Shown: positions 13,152-27,208, counted from the whole stretch's first letter. The stretch is 62,709 nucleotides of DNA, filler included, from Basidioascus undulatus (GCA_000826855.1; 11 parts of 11 records of this genome joined end to end with filler, not necessarily neighbours in it); one strand, 5' to 3'. Notes: a model not told the origin generated them from the sequence alone. Numbers and translations are program-made.

Positions 13152-16100
13152 CTATACAAAGACGAACTTTGGTCAGTTACAAACTCCCGTGCATTGGTCG
13201 TGTGATGGCCTGCCGACTCATCATTCCCCTCGGCCCCACCTAAGGCCCTGTCTTGCCAGGGCCCGACCATAAAGATGAAGCATTGGGAATGATTCCCATG
13301 TAGGAATTTAAACTCTATAGGTGAAGTGCTTGCTACAAAAAGCCGAGAACAACGTCTTCCCATGAATCGGTCATCCGGATGAACCCGAAGACGGCCCAGC
13401 CTTCAAGCATTTGTACTCCGGTCGCACTCCTGGTTGGCGAGCAAAGCAAAAAGAAACACTCAACGAATATCAATGTGAACCATCTCTATGTCGCCTTGGC
13501 TGTACCCTTTCTCAAGCCTGAGGGAGGACGGTGCGAAGCGGTTAGCAACTCGGCAGCTTGCGGCCGGCATCAAGGCTACGAACAGGCAAAGTCCAGCGAC
13601 CGATGCCCATACCGAGACGTTGCTCCTGCGAAGGAGTTCCTCCTCAGAATGTAAGACCGCCTCTGTTGCGCTACTCAGTCTTGGCCTTCACATACCAGTA
13701 GAGCAAAGGAACTGCGGCAGTCGCATTCCCCCTCGAGGCCATGACCGACATCCAATCCCACCGACTCTGATAGCCCAGATGCACAACTGAACGAAAGGGT
13801 AAGATGTACAGAGGACGAAATTGCAGCGTCACGGTCGAGAAAGGCGATGGTGGTTGTCGGACAAGACTCTCCAAATCCTCTTGGCGCGTCTGCTCGGCTT
13901 ATTCTAGTTCGCTTCATGTCGGCCGTAGAAACTGGCGACGGGCAGTTCGCGATTGCTTTCATACAATCACACTTACACTAGGATAACCCTAATCTAGGGA
14001 GAATAGCACCAGCCTGGTGGATCTTCTCAGGGGCCGAACAAGTTGAGCAACATTCTCGGGGCCGGAGTCTGTCATGGTTATCGAACATCTTGAGTAGACT
14101 GATCACCTCGTTTACTGCAGGTGTTTCTGAGGAGCTACGGTCAGTCCATGTCCTGCTTCTTTGTCCATCCCATTTGGTATCCTAGCACAACCAGGAGGCC
14201 TCGTCGCATGTCTATGGAGGAGGTGAGAAGAACGCCGGGAGACAATCTTGTCCTGCAGAGATTACAGCAGCCCACACGGGCAATCATGGATGTTAAGGTC
14301 CGAACTTTCACGCCATGCGCAACGGAATGACGGCGCAGCGGCTCGGAGCGGCGGCTGATGGAGAGATTACCAAATAACGGGTTTATGCCGAGCGGCACGG
14401 GCCGATGTTGCAGCGGTTTCCCTTTGAAGCAGGGCCCACTCCGCCGGGCCAACGTGATGCTGAACTAAGGCGCCGCCACCATGAGCTGAAAGGCTGTGAG
14501 ATTACTTTTCATATCGTTTTCGATGTTTTGTGCACTCTCGGAATTGAAAAGAAAATGGAATGTTGTTGTCGTCTCTGAAATGCCTACCAGATTTGGGGGA
14601 TCGCTCAACCAAGTCGACGGTAGTTTGCCAGGTCTGACTATTTCTTCGACCGAGAAGTAAAAAATTCCTGAGCGAGCCGGCAAGCAGCAACCGACTCTCT
14701 TTAACACCTATCTTGGGCTGCCTGTGGTACAGATGCATGAGGTCTGGGTGCTTTGCGCCCATAACAGGACGAGGAAACCTAGTCCAGCGCCGGAGGTTCT
14801 CCCGCATTTGTGCTCCTCGGCTACGGCGCACGCTGGAATGCAACCTGTGTACACTGCGTATGATGCTTTGAACTAGATGGTACGACTGAATTACCCGAGC
14901 TCCATGTGGTTCTTTTACCCTTGCGGCTTTTGTCACTCGCTCCCGGCGTCACAGCCGGCCAAGTGACCTAAAAGCACCGAGGGAAAAAAATGACGGCTTC
15001 TGTGTGAAGACGTACAATAGTTGACCAAGTCTTTAACTTGCAAGAGGTACAATGCCTCACATACTCCCAATGTGGCGGAGTTGTGTCCATCAACCTCGAG
15101 AAGATATGTCCACAGTACTACCGTTACCCTCCTCCGTTGCATTTCGTTGAAAAGGTCTCATTGGCTAGGATAGATCTGGCCCAGTGAGTCATTGCAAATG
15201 TCGTAACTAAGCGCACGTTCACTTCTTCGCGGAGGAGAACGGGTCCCGGTTACCGTGTGGCAGCGCTTCAATCCATCCAGCTGTTTTCTCGGTGAAGGAT
15301 GCCGAGAAGAAGGATCGTCGTCGACGCTCTGGAAGTTTTACGACATCTATGAAAGATGCTACTGAGCAGTGAGAAGTTTACAGGCTTTGCACATGAGCCA
15401 ACCGTCGCCTGAGCTTTTATCCGGGCAACATGCGGGATATGAAGAGTGAAACAAGGTGAAAGCAGTGCTTGACCATCTGATCCCCCGAGTTGAACGGCTG
15501 TTGCCCGGTCAAACCTGTGGACAATCGATAGTCAAACAAACTAACTGCTCTCTGCAGTGTTATTTGATTGTGGACTTTGGGAGCTGGGCACCCGGTAGCG
15601 GCTCTGCTTAACTGCAAAACCATGGCTTCGACCGCTCTTCGAAGTGTCACTATAACTATCGCCTTTGAAAATATTGATTACACTACTTTTGGGTCACATT
15701 ATAATATAAACGTCGACATGTACTATCAGAAAGAGGGCAATGCCAGCGGGAAGTGCATCTAATCTAGCTTGCTGGAGGGCTAGCCGACCAACCCGCTCTG
15801 CAAACAATGCGAACCTCGGCTCATGAGTATGTCTATGATCCCCATACAGTTGCTCACAAAGAAAAACCATCGGGTTCCCGAGTTACTGATCCCGGCTATT
15901 GCATCTCAGCTCAATACTTTGTAAAAGACGAAAAGAGGACGGCTTGCTGAGCCCAGCCAAAGGCCTGCAGCCCCTTTTGTTCGCTCGCATAATTAGGAAT
16001 CCTTTGTAAAAATAACAGTGCAAGTTAGTTTTTTGCCTGAACTGAACACCTTCCGTCGCCGGGAGATGGAAACAAGGTGTGAAGAGGCCTTCCCGCCAGC

Positions 16101-16576
16101 ATGCATTGTTGCTGGTTGACCAACAGGCTCATCGACTTACAATGTTCAGGATGTGAGTTATTCTAATAAGCCTAATTTACGTCTAGCATACAGTACACAT
16201 CTTCGAACAGTTCATCTACCCGTCTGGACGGCGAATAGACCGTTCGTGGGCAAGACAACAGCTCATTGCATTGGTTGCACTTGGCGTTCAGGCTTTCAGT
16301 CAGAATAGGCCCTCCGTGAATACAGTAGTCGCATAATCTCTTTACGGTGTCCTTTCCACAGACAGGAACTCGACCCAGTTCGCAAGAGTAGTTGCCGGGT
16401 ACGTGTGAGGGCGCTGGGATTCGGCTCGCATACCCGAAGCCTGTCTGCGTCGGCTCTTCAGTCCGAGCTGCTAGTTCGTCTCCAGTCGCTCACTTGCATC
16501 TCTGACTCCACCGCCTATCTCTTCCCCTTTAAAAACGCAGAAGGCTTTTCAATCGAGTACTCACACTCATTCATTA

Positions 16577-17633
16577 ATGTCGGATCTGCCTTCGCAATCA
16601 AAGGACGCCTGGTCCTCATCGACCTATCAGACCAACGCGTCTTTCGTTTACTCAGACGAGAACACCTCGCCCGTGCTGCGGCTCCTCGATCCCAAACTGG
16701 GAGAGCGTATTCTGGATCTAGGATGCGTATGTTACCCTACGAGATCTACGCTCGCGTCCTCGACTTTAAGTTGATCGCGGGAAACCCAGGGCTCCGGCGA
16801 GCTAACTCAGCGTCTCTCTGCCCTGGTTGGGCCGTCCGGACACGTCCATGGAGTGGACTCGAGCAATTCAATGGTACGACCGAATTTCACACCTACTAAC
16901 CTACATTATTCACCTCTCACACTCTCAGGTCGATGCTGCTCGCTCGCTCGGCCTCACTGTATCACAGGGCGACATGCAAGCTCTCGTGCTAACGGCAGAG
17001 AATCAAGGGTCCTATGACGCTGTATTCTCTTCTGCTGCGCTGCACTGGTGCAAGGATGATCCCGAGGGTGTGGTCAAGGGTGCATATACAGCGCTGAAGA
17101 AGGGCGGGAGGTTTGTCGGCGAGTGCGGGGGGTTCTTGAACTGCGTTGGTCCGTCCACCTTGTTCAGCCGAGCTTAAAAAAAGCTTCGCATGCTTACCGC
17201 AAATGTCGGGCTCGACCAACAGGGGTACGGACCGCTTTGCACATAGTCCTCAAGAAGCGAGGGCACAACGCCGCCTCCCTTGACCCGTACGTCTTCATCT
17301 CCCCTTCCCCCTTACCCTCCACATCTCACGTCCATCTCCAATTCCATCAGCTGGTACTTTACAACACCGGAATGCCTCTCCACCCAGATCTCTAAGCACA
17401 AATTTACGCGCATCACCGCTTTGCTCCATCCACGTCCGACCCGGCTGCCGACCGGCTTGCGAGGCTGGCTCACGACGTTCACGCGCACGACATGGCTTGC
17501 CGGGCTGGACGATAGGGAGGCGGAGGCAGTCATGTCCGAAGTCGAGGAGATGTGTGGGGTTGATATGCGGGATGAGAAGGGCCAGTGGACGATGATGTAC
17601 GTTAGGCTGAGGTGGAGCGCGGTGAAGGAGTAG
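16577..17633 (+). CDS. Class I SAM-dependent methyltransferase (Methyltransf_11-like), 5 exons
   Basis: WSSSTYQTNASFVY...GERILDLGC|GSGELT; YDAVFSSAALHWCK; LKKGGRFVGECGGFLN; WTMMYVRLRWSAVKE*. Confidence 0.9.
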
Positions 17634-17846
17634 GGCGGCAAGGACACGGTTGAGCAATTTAGACTGTAGAATTCGGAGTTCTCTCTAAACAAATTGAGGA
17701 TGTGGGAAGACCAACGAGATTGATTGTCCTGCAGTGTGTGAGGCCGACGCACAACGACGCGCACCGGTGCCGCCGCATCAGTGACTGGGCTATGGCCTGT
17801 GAACAGCAAAGAGACCTTTATATTGATCAAAAGGAGTACAAAAAAT

Positions 17847-18981
17847 TCACCACTCTCCTACTCCCCACCTACAGCACCCGCAGCTCTTCGGCGAACCGCC
17901 GTCGCAAAAGCTACTCGATCGCCCTCTGCGCCTGCCGCGAGCCGGTTCCACCTTTTCGAGCCGGTCCCGAACGTCTCGCACGATCAGACTAAGCGTGCTA
18001 TCGGGCTGCGTGTTCCGAAGGTCATCCCGGACCCCTGCCGCTGCTGCGGCGGCGGCGACTTGTACTTGTCCCAGTGAAAGAGGCGTACATGCTCCGCTAC
18101 GCGCCACTGAAGCGGCGGTGTCCCAGGCGCCACGGGGTACAAAGACGAAAGCACGATGGCGCGCAGACTCTTCTTGAAGTCTGCCCAGCCGCATTTGAAC
18201 GACGCGTACCCCGGAGGCCGCACGGCTCCAAGGATCGTTGCGGGTCTCGCTGAGGAACGCCGAGAGCGTGTCGACGAGCTTGTCTGCCTGCGTTAGAGGC
18301 TCGTGCAGGGCCTCGCGCACGACCGCAAGGTTGAGCACGGCCGTTGTACCGAGGCGCGCGTTGGCGGGGGAGAGCGTGTGAAGCGGGCGCCAGACAAGCG
18401 CGCTGTACCCCGCCAGGAGCCACTCGGGCACGGCGAACTGGCGCGCGACGGCGACTGTGTCCACCGGGCTGGCCCATGTCAGGTTGGAGAGGTAGCCGAG
18501 CGCTTGGTAACGCTCAAGCGCGTACGCACGCTGGATGGGCATGTCGTAGAGGGTCGCGAGGCGGAGGATACACAGAAGTTGAGGCTGAGATGTGTTGAGC
18601 AGCTGCGCGAATCTAAGTAACGAAAGAGGAATCAGCCAGCATTGCGCCCACGATGGGGATACTTACGGAGCGTAGAGCGAGAACATCAGCGCCTCGAAGT
18701 CCTCCGCGCTCACGTCCTGTAGCACGACGGGGCGGTCCGCCGATTGCACGTCTGTTGACTCGTCCCCGACAGTGAACATGTCCGTAAATGCGGTCGAGGC
18801 GTCTTGGAGACAGGAGGCGTATACGCAGAGCAGGACGTCGGTAACGTAGCACGACCTCCGATTCGGTTTCAGCAGGATGGCATGCGTAGAGGCATGACAT
18901 GATACGATGAGAAGCCCATTGAATGTAGATGCTGCCGTCCTGGAAGAAGTGTGATGGCGAACGCTTGATGGTGGTGGCCAT
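17847..18981 (-). CDS. BTB/POZ-domain protein of the expanded basidiomycete type, possibly pseudogenised
   Basis: RSPSHFFQDGSIYIQ...VTDVLLCVYASCLQDASTAFTDMF...RPVVLQDVSAEDFEALMFSLYA|...ILRLATLYDM...VDTVAVARQFAVPEWLLAGYSALVWR. First intron lacks clean splice sites. Confidence 0.7.
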
Positions 18982-20234
18982 GATTACTTGAATCTGGCGC
19001 TACCTGAGGTTCCTGCGGGTGAGCGAGGTCTGGGAAGGATGCAAAAGGATGAGGACGAGGACGAGGACGTGGGAAGAAGGCAGAAGAGGACCTGCTAGTC
19101 GTTTCTAACAGTTTCCTAGTCAACATTCTTGCAGAAGGCTCACTCTTATCCTTGTATTCGTCCTTCGGACTCAATTTTACTGTTATCAGAGGACGATGCG
19201 CCGTATCATGAAAGGCAGCGGTGGTGCAGAGTTATTCGTCGCCGGTACGCTGCGAGCGCTGAAGCCGCCAGCCTTTGGCCAGCTTGTTGAGGTTTGCACA
19301 CTGTACCGTCCGGACTATATGCCCAGCACCATAGCTTTTATGGTGCTGTGGTCTACTTCGAAGGTGAGCGAAGCCATCGATTCTCAACCCGAACTGCATC
19401 CGCAAGGTGCCACCTGGAGACAGACTCCTCACCTCACCTCCCGCGCATTCACCTGAATCCTACCCTCATGGACCAAAGTCTCCCTCTGACCAGAGCGCAC
19501 CATCGGTACCTCGCATGAGGTTCTATGCGATCCCCGCCGGCTTCCAGCCGAGCTGGGGCCTAGCGCGAGAGCAGCACCGAACCCACGACTGGCAGTCTCT
19601 CCGCCCGCGCTGCAACTTCATTGCGCACCTGTGCAATAAGCACCTCGATGAACGCCAGCGCTTAGAAGCGGAGCAGCGGGACGAGGCTCTTGGGGAGCAC
19701 GAGGCGTTGCGGTTGGAGGGCTGTCGGCGGTGGGCTGGTGCCCACGAGAAACTCGAAGGAGTTTTTACGCGTTTGGTGGTTAGTTGACCTACTTTCAATC
19801 TGACTTGTGAACTCAACGACGTTTATGTGCAAAGTATAGCCTTGGACTGCATGCGGAACGACTATTTCGCTCTGGAACGCTCAGTGTCGTGCCCTTTGGA
19901 GCAGTGAGACGACGCCTTGCCACCTTACGAAGCTACCGTTAACTGATGCATGAGCTGCGGGCTTTCCTCAAATCCATCAGACGGACGAGGTCCGCGGTAA
20001 TGCGTGCTTTCGGCGGCGTCCGACCTCAGGAAGAGTGTGCTTTGAGCGTGGGTGTCTGTAGTGTTTGTGTGTTTGTGCGTGGGTGTCTGCGGATAGACAG
20101 TCCGCAAACAGCAGCGGCTCTGCGTGCAAAGTTTTGCCAAAAAGCACAACAGATCCATGCTCCCCTCTCCCACCCGCTCTCCATGCCCTCTCTCCGGACT
20201 CCCACCACCGCACCCATGAGAGGTCCAGCGCCAC

Positions 20235-22555
20235 TCAGCCCTTCCGCGTGAACCGATCCAGCGCACTCGGCTCGCGCGCCTCGACCGTGCCCCTCCGCTC
20301 GGCCGCCTCGCGCTCGCGCTGCTCCTTCATCTTGGCCATCTTCGCTTTGAGGGCGATCTGTGTTTGGGGTACGGGACGATCAGCGATCAGCGATCAGGTA
20401 GTGCAGAGGGAGGCCGGGGGGAATAAGGAAATGGGAAAAAGATGCGGGAAGAGAACGTACCGCCGACGGCTCGATGACGTTCTTCCTCTTCTTCCGCAAG
20501 AAGCGCTTCGTAGCCTTCATCTTCCCTCTCATCTTCATCTTCTCCTTCTCCTCCTTGCCCGGCCGCTGGCCGTCCCCCTCGCCCGCACCGACGAGCAGGC
20601 CCTCCGGCTCGTCGTCGTCCTCGCCCTCGGCGTCCGCAGACTGGCCGGTGAGTGCGAGGCGCTCGGCGCGCGGGAGGCGGCCGAAGGGCGTCGGGCCCGA
20701 GCGCGGGCGAGGCGGGCCCGGGAGAGGCTTCGCGTTCGGGTTCGTGTTGAGCCGAGGGACGGAGACTGCGCCGAGGCTTGAGGGGGCGTAGGTGATGAGG
20801 TCGGGTTGGATCTACGTGTAGAAAGGAGTGGGTTAGTCAACGCTTTGAGAGGGAAAGGAGAAGGAAGGGAGAAGAAAAGTAGGGAGGGCAAAGAAGCACC
20901 TTGTCCAACAGCGTCCGGACCTCGCGCTCCCTCCGCGCGCCGCGGCCCTCGAACGGGTCGACCTCGAGCGCGTCGTAGTTGGGCTCGCCCGCGCCGGGGA
21001 CGAGCATGCTCTCGATCCCGTGCGCGTGCGCGACGGTGAGCACGTCCTCGTACGGGCAGAAGCGAACGCGCGAGACGGCGCGCCCGGGGAGGTGGTGCGT
21101 CAGGTAGGGGGCCGGACCGGTCGAGGGCGTCCGGGCGGTGGGGGACGTGGTGAGGAGGTTGTTGTACACCTAAGCCGGGGTGTGTGTGTCAGTAAGGAGA
21201 GGAGGGAGTGGGACGAAAGGATATGATCGGCGACGCACATTCACATGGTTCCCCCACCCGACGCCGAGCATCCCCCTCGCGCTCCACTCCAAATCGCGCA
21301 CCTCCCCGCGCGCGCCCCACCCCCACACCTCCTCCCACCTCCTCACATCCCACACCTTAACCCTCCCATCCACGCCCGCAGTCGCTATGTAGTTCCCCGA
21401 GTGATCGTGCGCGACCGCGCGCACGGGGCCGAGGTGCGCCTGGAGCTTCACGTGCGGCGTTGGCACGGACGGCGTCCACAGCGTCACCGTCCCGTTCTGG
21501 TGCCCCACCGAGAGGACGGCCGTCTGCGGGTTCTGCGTGAGCGCGGAGGGCGTGCCGAGCTTTGTGCGGATCTGGGAGACGAGCTGGCCGGTCGAGGTGT
21601 CTTGGTATTTGAGCCAGCCGGCGTTGCCCTGGGTAGGAGAAGGGGAGGAGGTGAGAGGGGAAGGGGGAAGAGAGGGAAAGTGGTGGCGTACGATAGTCGC
21701 GAGCAGGAAGTGGTATCGCAAGAACTCCATCCGGCGCACTTCGACGTGGTCCTTGAGGCGGTGGAGTTCGATGCCCTGGGAGTCGTAGATGTAGACGTAC
21801 TTCTTCTGTGCGACGGCGTACATCGAGTTGTTGTGAAGGAATCTGCATCGGAGGAGGGGTGAGCGTGCAAGGAAAACTCGAGGGGATGTCGGGACGCACT
21901 TGATCTCTGGCGTGTACTCGTTCACCCAGATCTCGGAGTGCAGCTTGCCGAGGGAGGGATCGAGCGAGGCGATGTGTCCCGAGGCGGAGGTGAGTGCGAG
22001 AGTTCTGTACGACCATCGTCCACCCCAATAAGCCAATTCTCACTCCGAACTCGATCCCACTAAATGGACGACTCACCTCCCATCCGGCGTCCAGTCCATC
22101 GCCGCGCACCCGCCCTCCAACTTCATCGCCCACCCCTTCCTAGCCACACCCACAGCGACCGCGTCCTTAATCTCGCCTTGGCCCACCCTCCAAGTCCGCT
22201 CAACATCGCCCTCCGTCTCGATCGCGCCCGCCTCGGCGGGGAGGAGGTAGTCCCTGTAGTCCTGAGCGGCCTGGCGCGCGGCGGCGGCCTGCTTGTGCTG
22301 CGCGATGAGCTTGGTGCGCAGCTTGGTGTTGGGCACGGCCTTCTTGGAGAGCGATGCGGGGATCTCGAGCTCCGCGGGCAGGCGACGCGCTTTGGACGAG
22401 GGCTGGGTCGAGTTTGAGATAGACGAGGCTTGCTTCTCCGCCGAGGAAGACGCTGGGGCCTCACGCTTGACGTGCTTGTGCCGCGGCTTCTTCGCCTTCG
22501 CCGTCGACGGGCCTGCTGCAGCCGCAGCGGACGTTGTGGGCTCTGTGTCGGACAT
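20235..22555 (-). CDS. UTP7: U3 snoRNP protein Utp7/WDR46 (WD40 + BING4CT)
   Basis: [102 protein letters not shown]. Confidence 0.96.
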
Positions 22556-23843
22556 TCGTATGCGCGCGGAGGGACAAGGCAAGGGGGCGAGCGGTGTGGG
22601 AGGAGGTCAAGGTCGATTTCGCACTCAGAGATTCTCACCAACTTTTGGGGGTCACGTGAAACATCAAATGTCTGTCTGCCTGTCACCTGGGCCATGAAGC
22701 GGCATGCGGCGATGGCTGCTGCACGCTTCGTAGTGGATACGTTTATCTAATGTTCATACACGTAAGAATTTTCGTAGCCACTATATACCATAGGCTTACT
22801 GCGACATTCATCGATTAAGATTTTGAGAACCAGCCGAGCAACTCAAAGAGTACTAGACCATCCCAGCGCGCGGACTGCACAGAGCCACTTGGGGCAGCTC
22901 GACCCTCGGTGCACATCGATTTTACGTAGAGTTGGGAAATATTTTAAACTGATCCTCTCATGGTTCCGAGAGTCTGTTTTAGGCACCTCAATGCTGCGGC
23001 CATGGCTGGTGCCTACCGGCAGCCGCCGCTCCCGGCATTCTCACTCTCCGGCGAACCATGACATCCTCTCATAAGATCCCTAACTGCTCAGCACACTCCC
23101 CATGTAGCCAAATTAACTTCCACAAGGTGTGGAGCAGGAACAGGTGGGGAACGTCCACAAGGCGTACCAGTGTCTTCACCCACTCCTGTCCGCGCATAGT
23201 TCTCAGATTGTGCCTGGAGCAACTTGGAGGGTACTGAACGCCAAAAAAGTGATAATTTAGGGCAAAAATTTCACTGGAGGTCAATAAATCAAGTATCAGT
23301 CCTAACGTTGGTGTCGCAGGCTTTCAGTCTCGCACTTTTGTACAGGCAGCCCGCAGACTCAGCCTCACGAGCACAGGTCCCGCACGGTGCAGCACACGGA
23401 GCATGATCCACGACTCTTGCGCAATAAAGGCCGACAGCTCCCGCAGAAGGAAGGTAACTGTCAAGACAGCAAATGAAGGAGACCACACAGTACTGCCACA
23501 CAGCTGATTGACAAGTCAACGGGCCAGCGGATTCACCGCGCCTGCTCCCGCTCTTGATTGGGCCTTCTGTATCCACCCCGCTGCACCCCCTTTGCGTGCA
23601 CAGCGACTGCTCAGCCCAAATCCCGTTGCGTCGACCATACAGTCTGCATCTGGCAAACGCTTTCACAGCGGCTGTGTCTTGCTCACCGAGTCACCTGGAG
23701 TCACGCCCGCCGAGTTGCCTGCCGCCTGCAACCGACTCACACGTTCCGGCGCGTGCTCCGGGTTCGTCTTCCCGCATGGCGACTATTCTGACTCGCCCAT
23801 TATCGTCGGCTAATTCGCAGTCCGCTCTTTTTCTCTTGCACTC

Positions 23844-25982
23844 ATGATCTCCCTCTCCCCGAGGTCCTTCATCTGCCCCGCGTCTCACCCAGCCACACTC
23901 AGCAGGATCCCCCGGATCCAGACCCGGATACAAACTCGCAGGATGACTGTGCCGGCCCAGCTGCAGCAGGCGAGCGAGGCGAACAAAGCGAAGCTCTGGG
24001 CGATTGGGAGGGACTTTCGGAGTGAGTATGGGCGGCGGGGGAAGATGGGGAGGGGAGAGGCTGATGAGATGGGGTGGGGATGATTAGCGGATACAATTAC
24101 CGTTCCGGTGCGTTTCTCGTCTCGAGGAGCTCGACCCAACGCTGCGAAGCTGACATTTTGAGGTTCGCAGACGGACGAGATGCTGCTCACCACTCTGACC
24201 GCTTCACGCGGGGACGACGTGTACCATGTGCGTTCATCTCCCCTACCCACGCGCACAACCGTCCCCACAACCCAACTCCAACCCTTTCCCTCCCCCACAC
24301 AGGAAGACGCGACGACCACGGCGTTCCAGGCGCGCGTCGCAGCGCTCACGGGCAAGGAAGCCGCGCTTTTCTGCGTCTCGGGGACGATGACGAACCAGCT
24401 TGCGCTACGCACGCACTTGCACCAGCCGCCGCACTCGATCTTGTGCGACGTCAACTCCCATGTGCGTTTCCAACCCCCATTTCACCCCTACGCTCTGCCG
24501 GATCAATTGAACTGAGAGGGAAGGGAATGGCAGATCAACAAGTATGAGGCGGCGGGCGCGGCGTTCGTGAGTTTTAAGGGGTTGCTTTGGGGGAAGAGAA
24601 AGACTGAAGCGGGTGGAGGGGGATAGCACTCCCAAGCGGGGTTGACGACTGTGACGCCTAAGAATGGTACGTCCTGTTATCATAAACCGAGATTCGGACC
24701 CACACGCTCACGCTCAACCCTGTCGGACCACCGGCAGGCCACCACCTCACGCTGGAGGACGACATCCTCCCGCAGCTGATCATGGGCGACGACATCCACA
24801 CCGCGCCGACGCGGATCATAGCGTTCGTCTCTGCTCTCCCATTTTGTTTTGCCCCCGTCTCTTAATGCACCCCTTTCCTTCCGCTCCTGACGCATTCCCA
24901 TTCCTTCCCGACCCCACAGCCTCGAAAACACCCTCAACGGCCTGATTTTCCCGCAATCCGAGATCGAGCGCATCTCGGCGCACGCGCGCCACGAGGGTAT
25001 CGTGATGCACCTCGATGGTGCGCGGCTGTGGAACGGTGCGCTTTCTTTCCCATCCCACCCCTTCTCCCCATTCTTTCCTGCCTGCTGACTCGGGAGATAC
25101 GCACAGTTCACGCCGAGACGGGCCTGAGCATCCAGGAGCTCTGCGCGCCGTTCGATACGGTCAGCTTGTGCATCTCCAAGGGCTTGGGGGCACCGGTCGG
25201 GAGGTGCGTTGACTGGTGGGAAAGAAGGGGGTTGTGGGAAGAAGAGGCTGGGGCTGATGCGGCTTGGAGCGGCCGCGCAGCGTGCTCGTGGGGCCGAAGA
25301 AGTTCATCGAGAAAGCGCGATGGGTACGTCCGCTGTTTGCTGGTTTCTCTGGATAGAGGCTTTCGCTTACCTGGACTGAATCTATGCAGTTCCGGAAACT
25401 GTTCGGAGGAGGGATCCGGCAGGTCCGGCTTCCGTCTTCAGTCTTCCATCTTCCTTTTCAGCCTGTAGACTGACTCTCACGCAGTCCGGAGGTCTGGCCG
25501 CCGCCGCCGACTACGCGCTCACCCACCATCTCCTGCTTCTCAAAGAAACGCACGTCCTCGCACGCCGCCTATCCGAGGGTCTGTCGGAGCTGGGCGTTAA
25601 GATTTTGGCGCCCGTGGAGACTTCCATGGCAAGTCCCTGCCCTGTTCCCTCTCCTCGCTTTCCAGGCTCGCCAACGCCCGTCCACACAACACAGGTGTTC
25701 ATCGATGCCACGCCCCTCTCCCTCCCCCTCGCAACGCTCATCGCCCGCGCCGCGGCCCTGCCCGAGCCCATCACGTTCTCCTCGAACCGCCTCGTCATGC
25801 ACTTCCAAACGTCCCCGCAAGCAGTGGACGACCTGGTCGGGCTTGTGAGGACGCTGAAGGAGGAGCTGCGCGAGCGCGGGGAGCTACCGGAGGAGGAGGA
25901 GGTGCGGAGAAGGCAGAGGGAAGGGGACTCGGGGTGGGGGACGATCTATGCGCGGGTGGGGAAGAAGAAGGAGGAGGCTTGA
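23844..25982 (+). CDS. GLY1: Low-specificity L-threonine aldolase (PLP), many short exons
   Basis: DFR|DTITVP|TDEM...RGDDVY; GKEAALFCVSGTMTNQLALRTHL; LENTLNG; MHLDGARLWN; DTVSLCISKGLGAPVG (PLP lysine); FRKLFGGGIRQ. Confidence 0.95.
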
Positions 25983-26469
25983 GGGGGAGATGAGACGCGG
26001 GTGTGCGACCCGCTGGATGGGAGAGAGGCTGTGTGTTGTCGCCGCGGATGCCCTTCCAGACTACGTCTGCAAGCTGACATGCTTAGACTGATGTGTTGCT
26101 TGTCCAACTAGAAGCCCACACCAGGTATTATCGTCTCAATGAATTTGAGCCAAGCGCTTTGAACATTGTGTTGAATTCGCAGCCAGATCATCAGGATCGA
26201 GCATAGGCTTGAGGGCGACGGGTACTGCCTGCTAGCCGACGTGCAGGGGGCGGCACTGGAAAGCCTGGTCGTTTAGTCGCCTTCACACAGAAAAACTCCT
26301 TACTGAAAACATCTTCGTAATCCAATTGAAGCATCTTGCATGCCTGCCGAGCTCTGTCAGTCCGTGATCGGCGGCATTCACTCGAAGTGAACTCACGTGC
26401 GTGCTCAGCGGCATCTTTCCCCTTCCCCCTTCCCCTTTGTTTTCAACTCTCATCACTCAAACACACGCC

Positions 26470-27208
26470 ATGATACCCGGCAGTATCAGCCAGGACCTCC
26501 GCAAAGCGGGCTACGATCTCGTGCGGGCGGTGCAAGCCAAGCTGGACGGGGGCGTGCCCCTTCGCGATGCCAAGGTGTGCGGTGGAGAGCGTGCGTCTTC
26601 CTCTCTACCAAGCGCTGACGTGCGGCATATGGTAGACCGATGCGGGCGTCATGCCCATGTGCTCGAGGTGCATGAAGCCTATTTTCGGCAAGGTCTCGAC
26701 GTGCGCGGCGTGCAAGGTCCGTGAGTGGTTTCAGAGGCGAGAGAGCGTTGGTGGCTCATGATTGATACTGATGCGGCTCGGGATGGGGGGCAGTCGACGA
26801 ACTATTGTAACCGGGAATTCCAGAAGAAGTTTTCTTTCTGAAGTACCTTTTGATCGGAAGCCGTAGCTGAGGGTCGGGTGCACAGGGACTGGACGACGCC
26901 CCTCGTGCCGGTGTGGTGTCCTCGAAACAAGGCAAGTCCACGCACACTCTCCCACTCTCCCATCCACATCCGACCCCGTCCACCCTCAGCGGCACATGGA
27001 ACACCGGGCAAAGGCGCAAGAATAGCTGCTCCTCTTCCCGTGGGGCCGCCTCCAAACCGACGGGACGTTCTCGAAGAACCTGTGCCTCGCGCTGCGCGGG
27101 CTGCTGGGCGGCCTGGGAGTCGGCTTCTGGGCGTCGCCGCTGCGCGTCTCCCCACACGGGTGGTTCACTGACGGAGATGGGGAGGGAACAGGCCTGCCGA
27201 GCATCTAG
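26470..27208 (+). pseudogene. MYND zinc-finger (MSS51-like) gene relic
   Basis: MPMCSRCMKPIFGKVSTCAACK|STNYCNREFQKK..DWT..VWCPRNK|RHMEHRAKAQE*LLLFPWGRLQTDGTF...LGGLGVGFW. TAG at 27023-27025 and Cys replaced by Phe in the YCxxECQ motif. Confidence 0.7.

Noticed and set aside
13400..16400. Short ORFs in a lower-GC intergenic region
   Set aside because: No recognisable domains or consistent splice structure.
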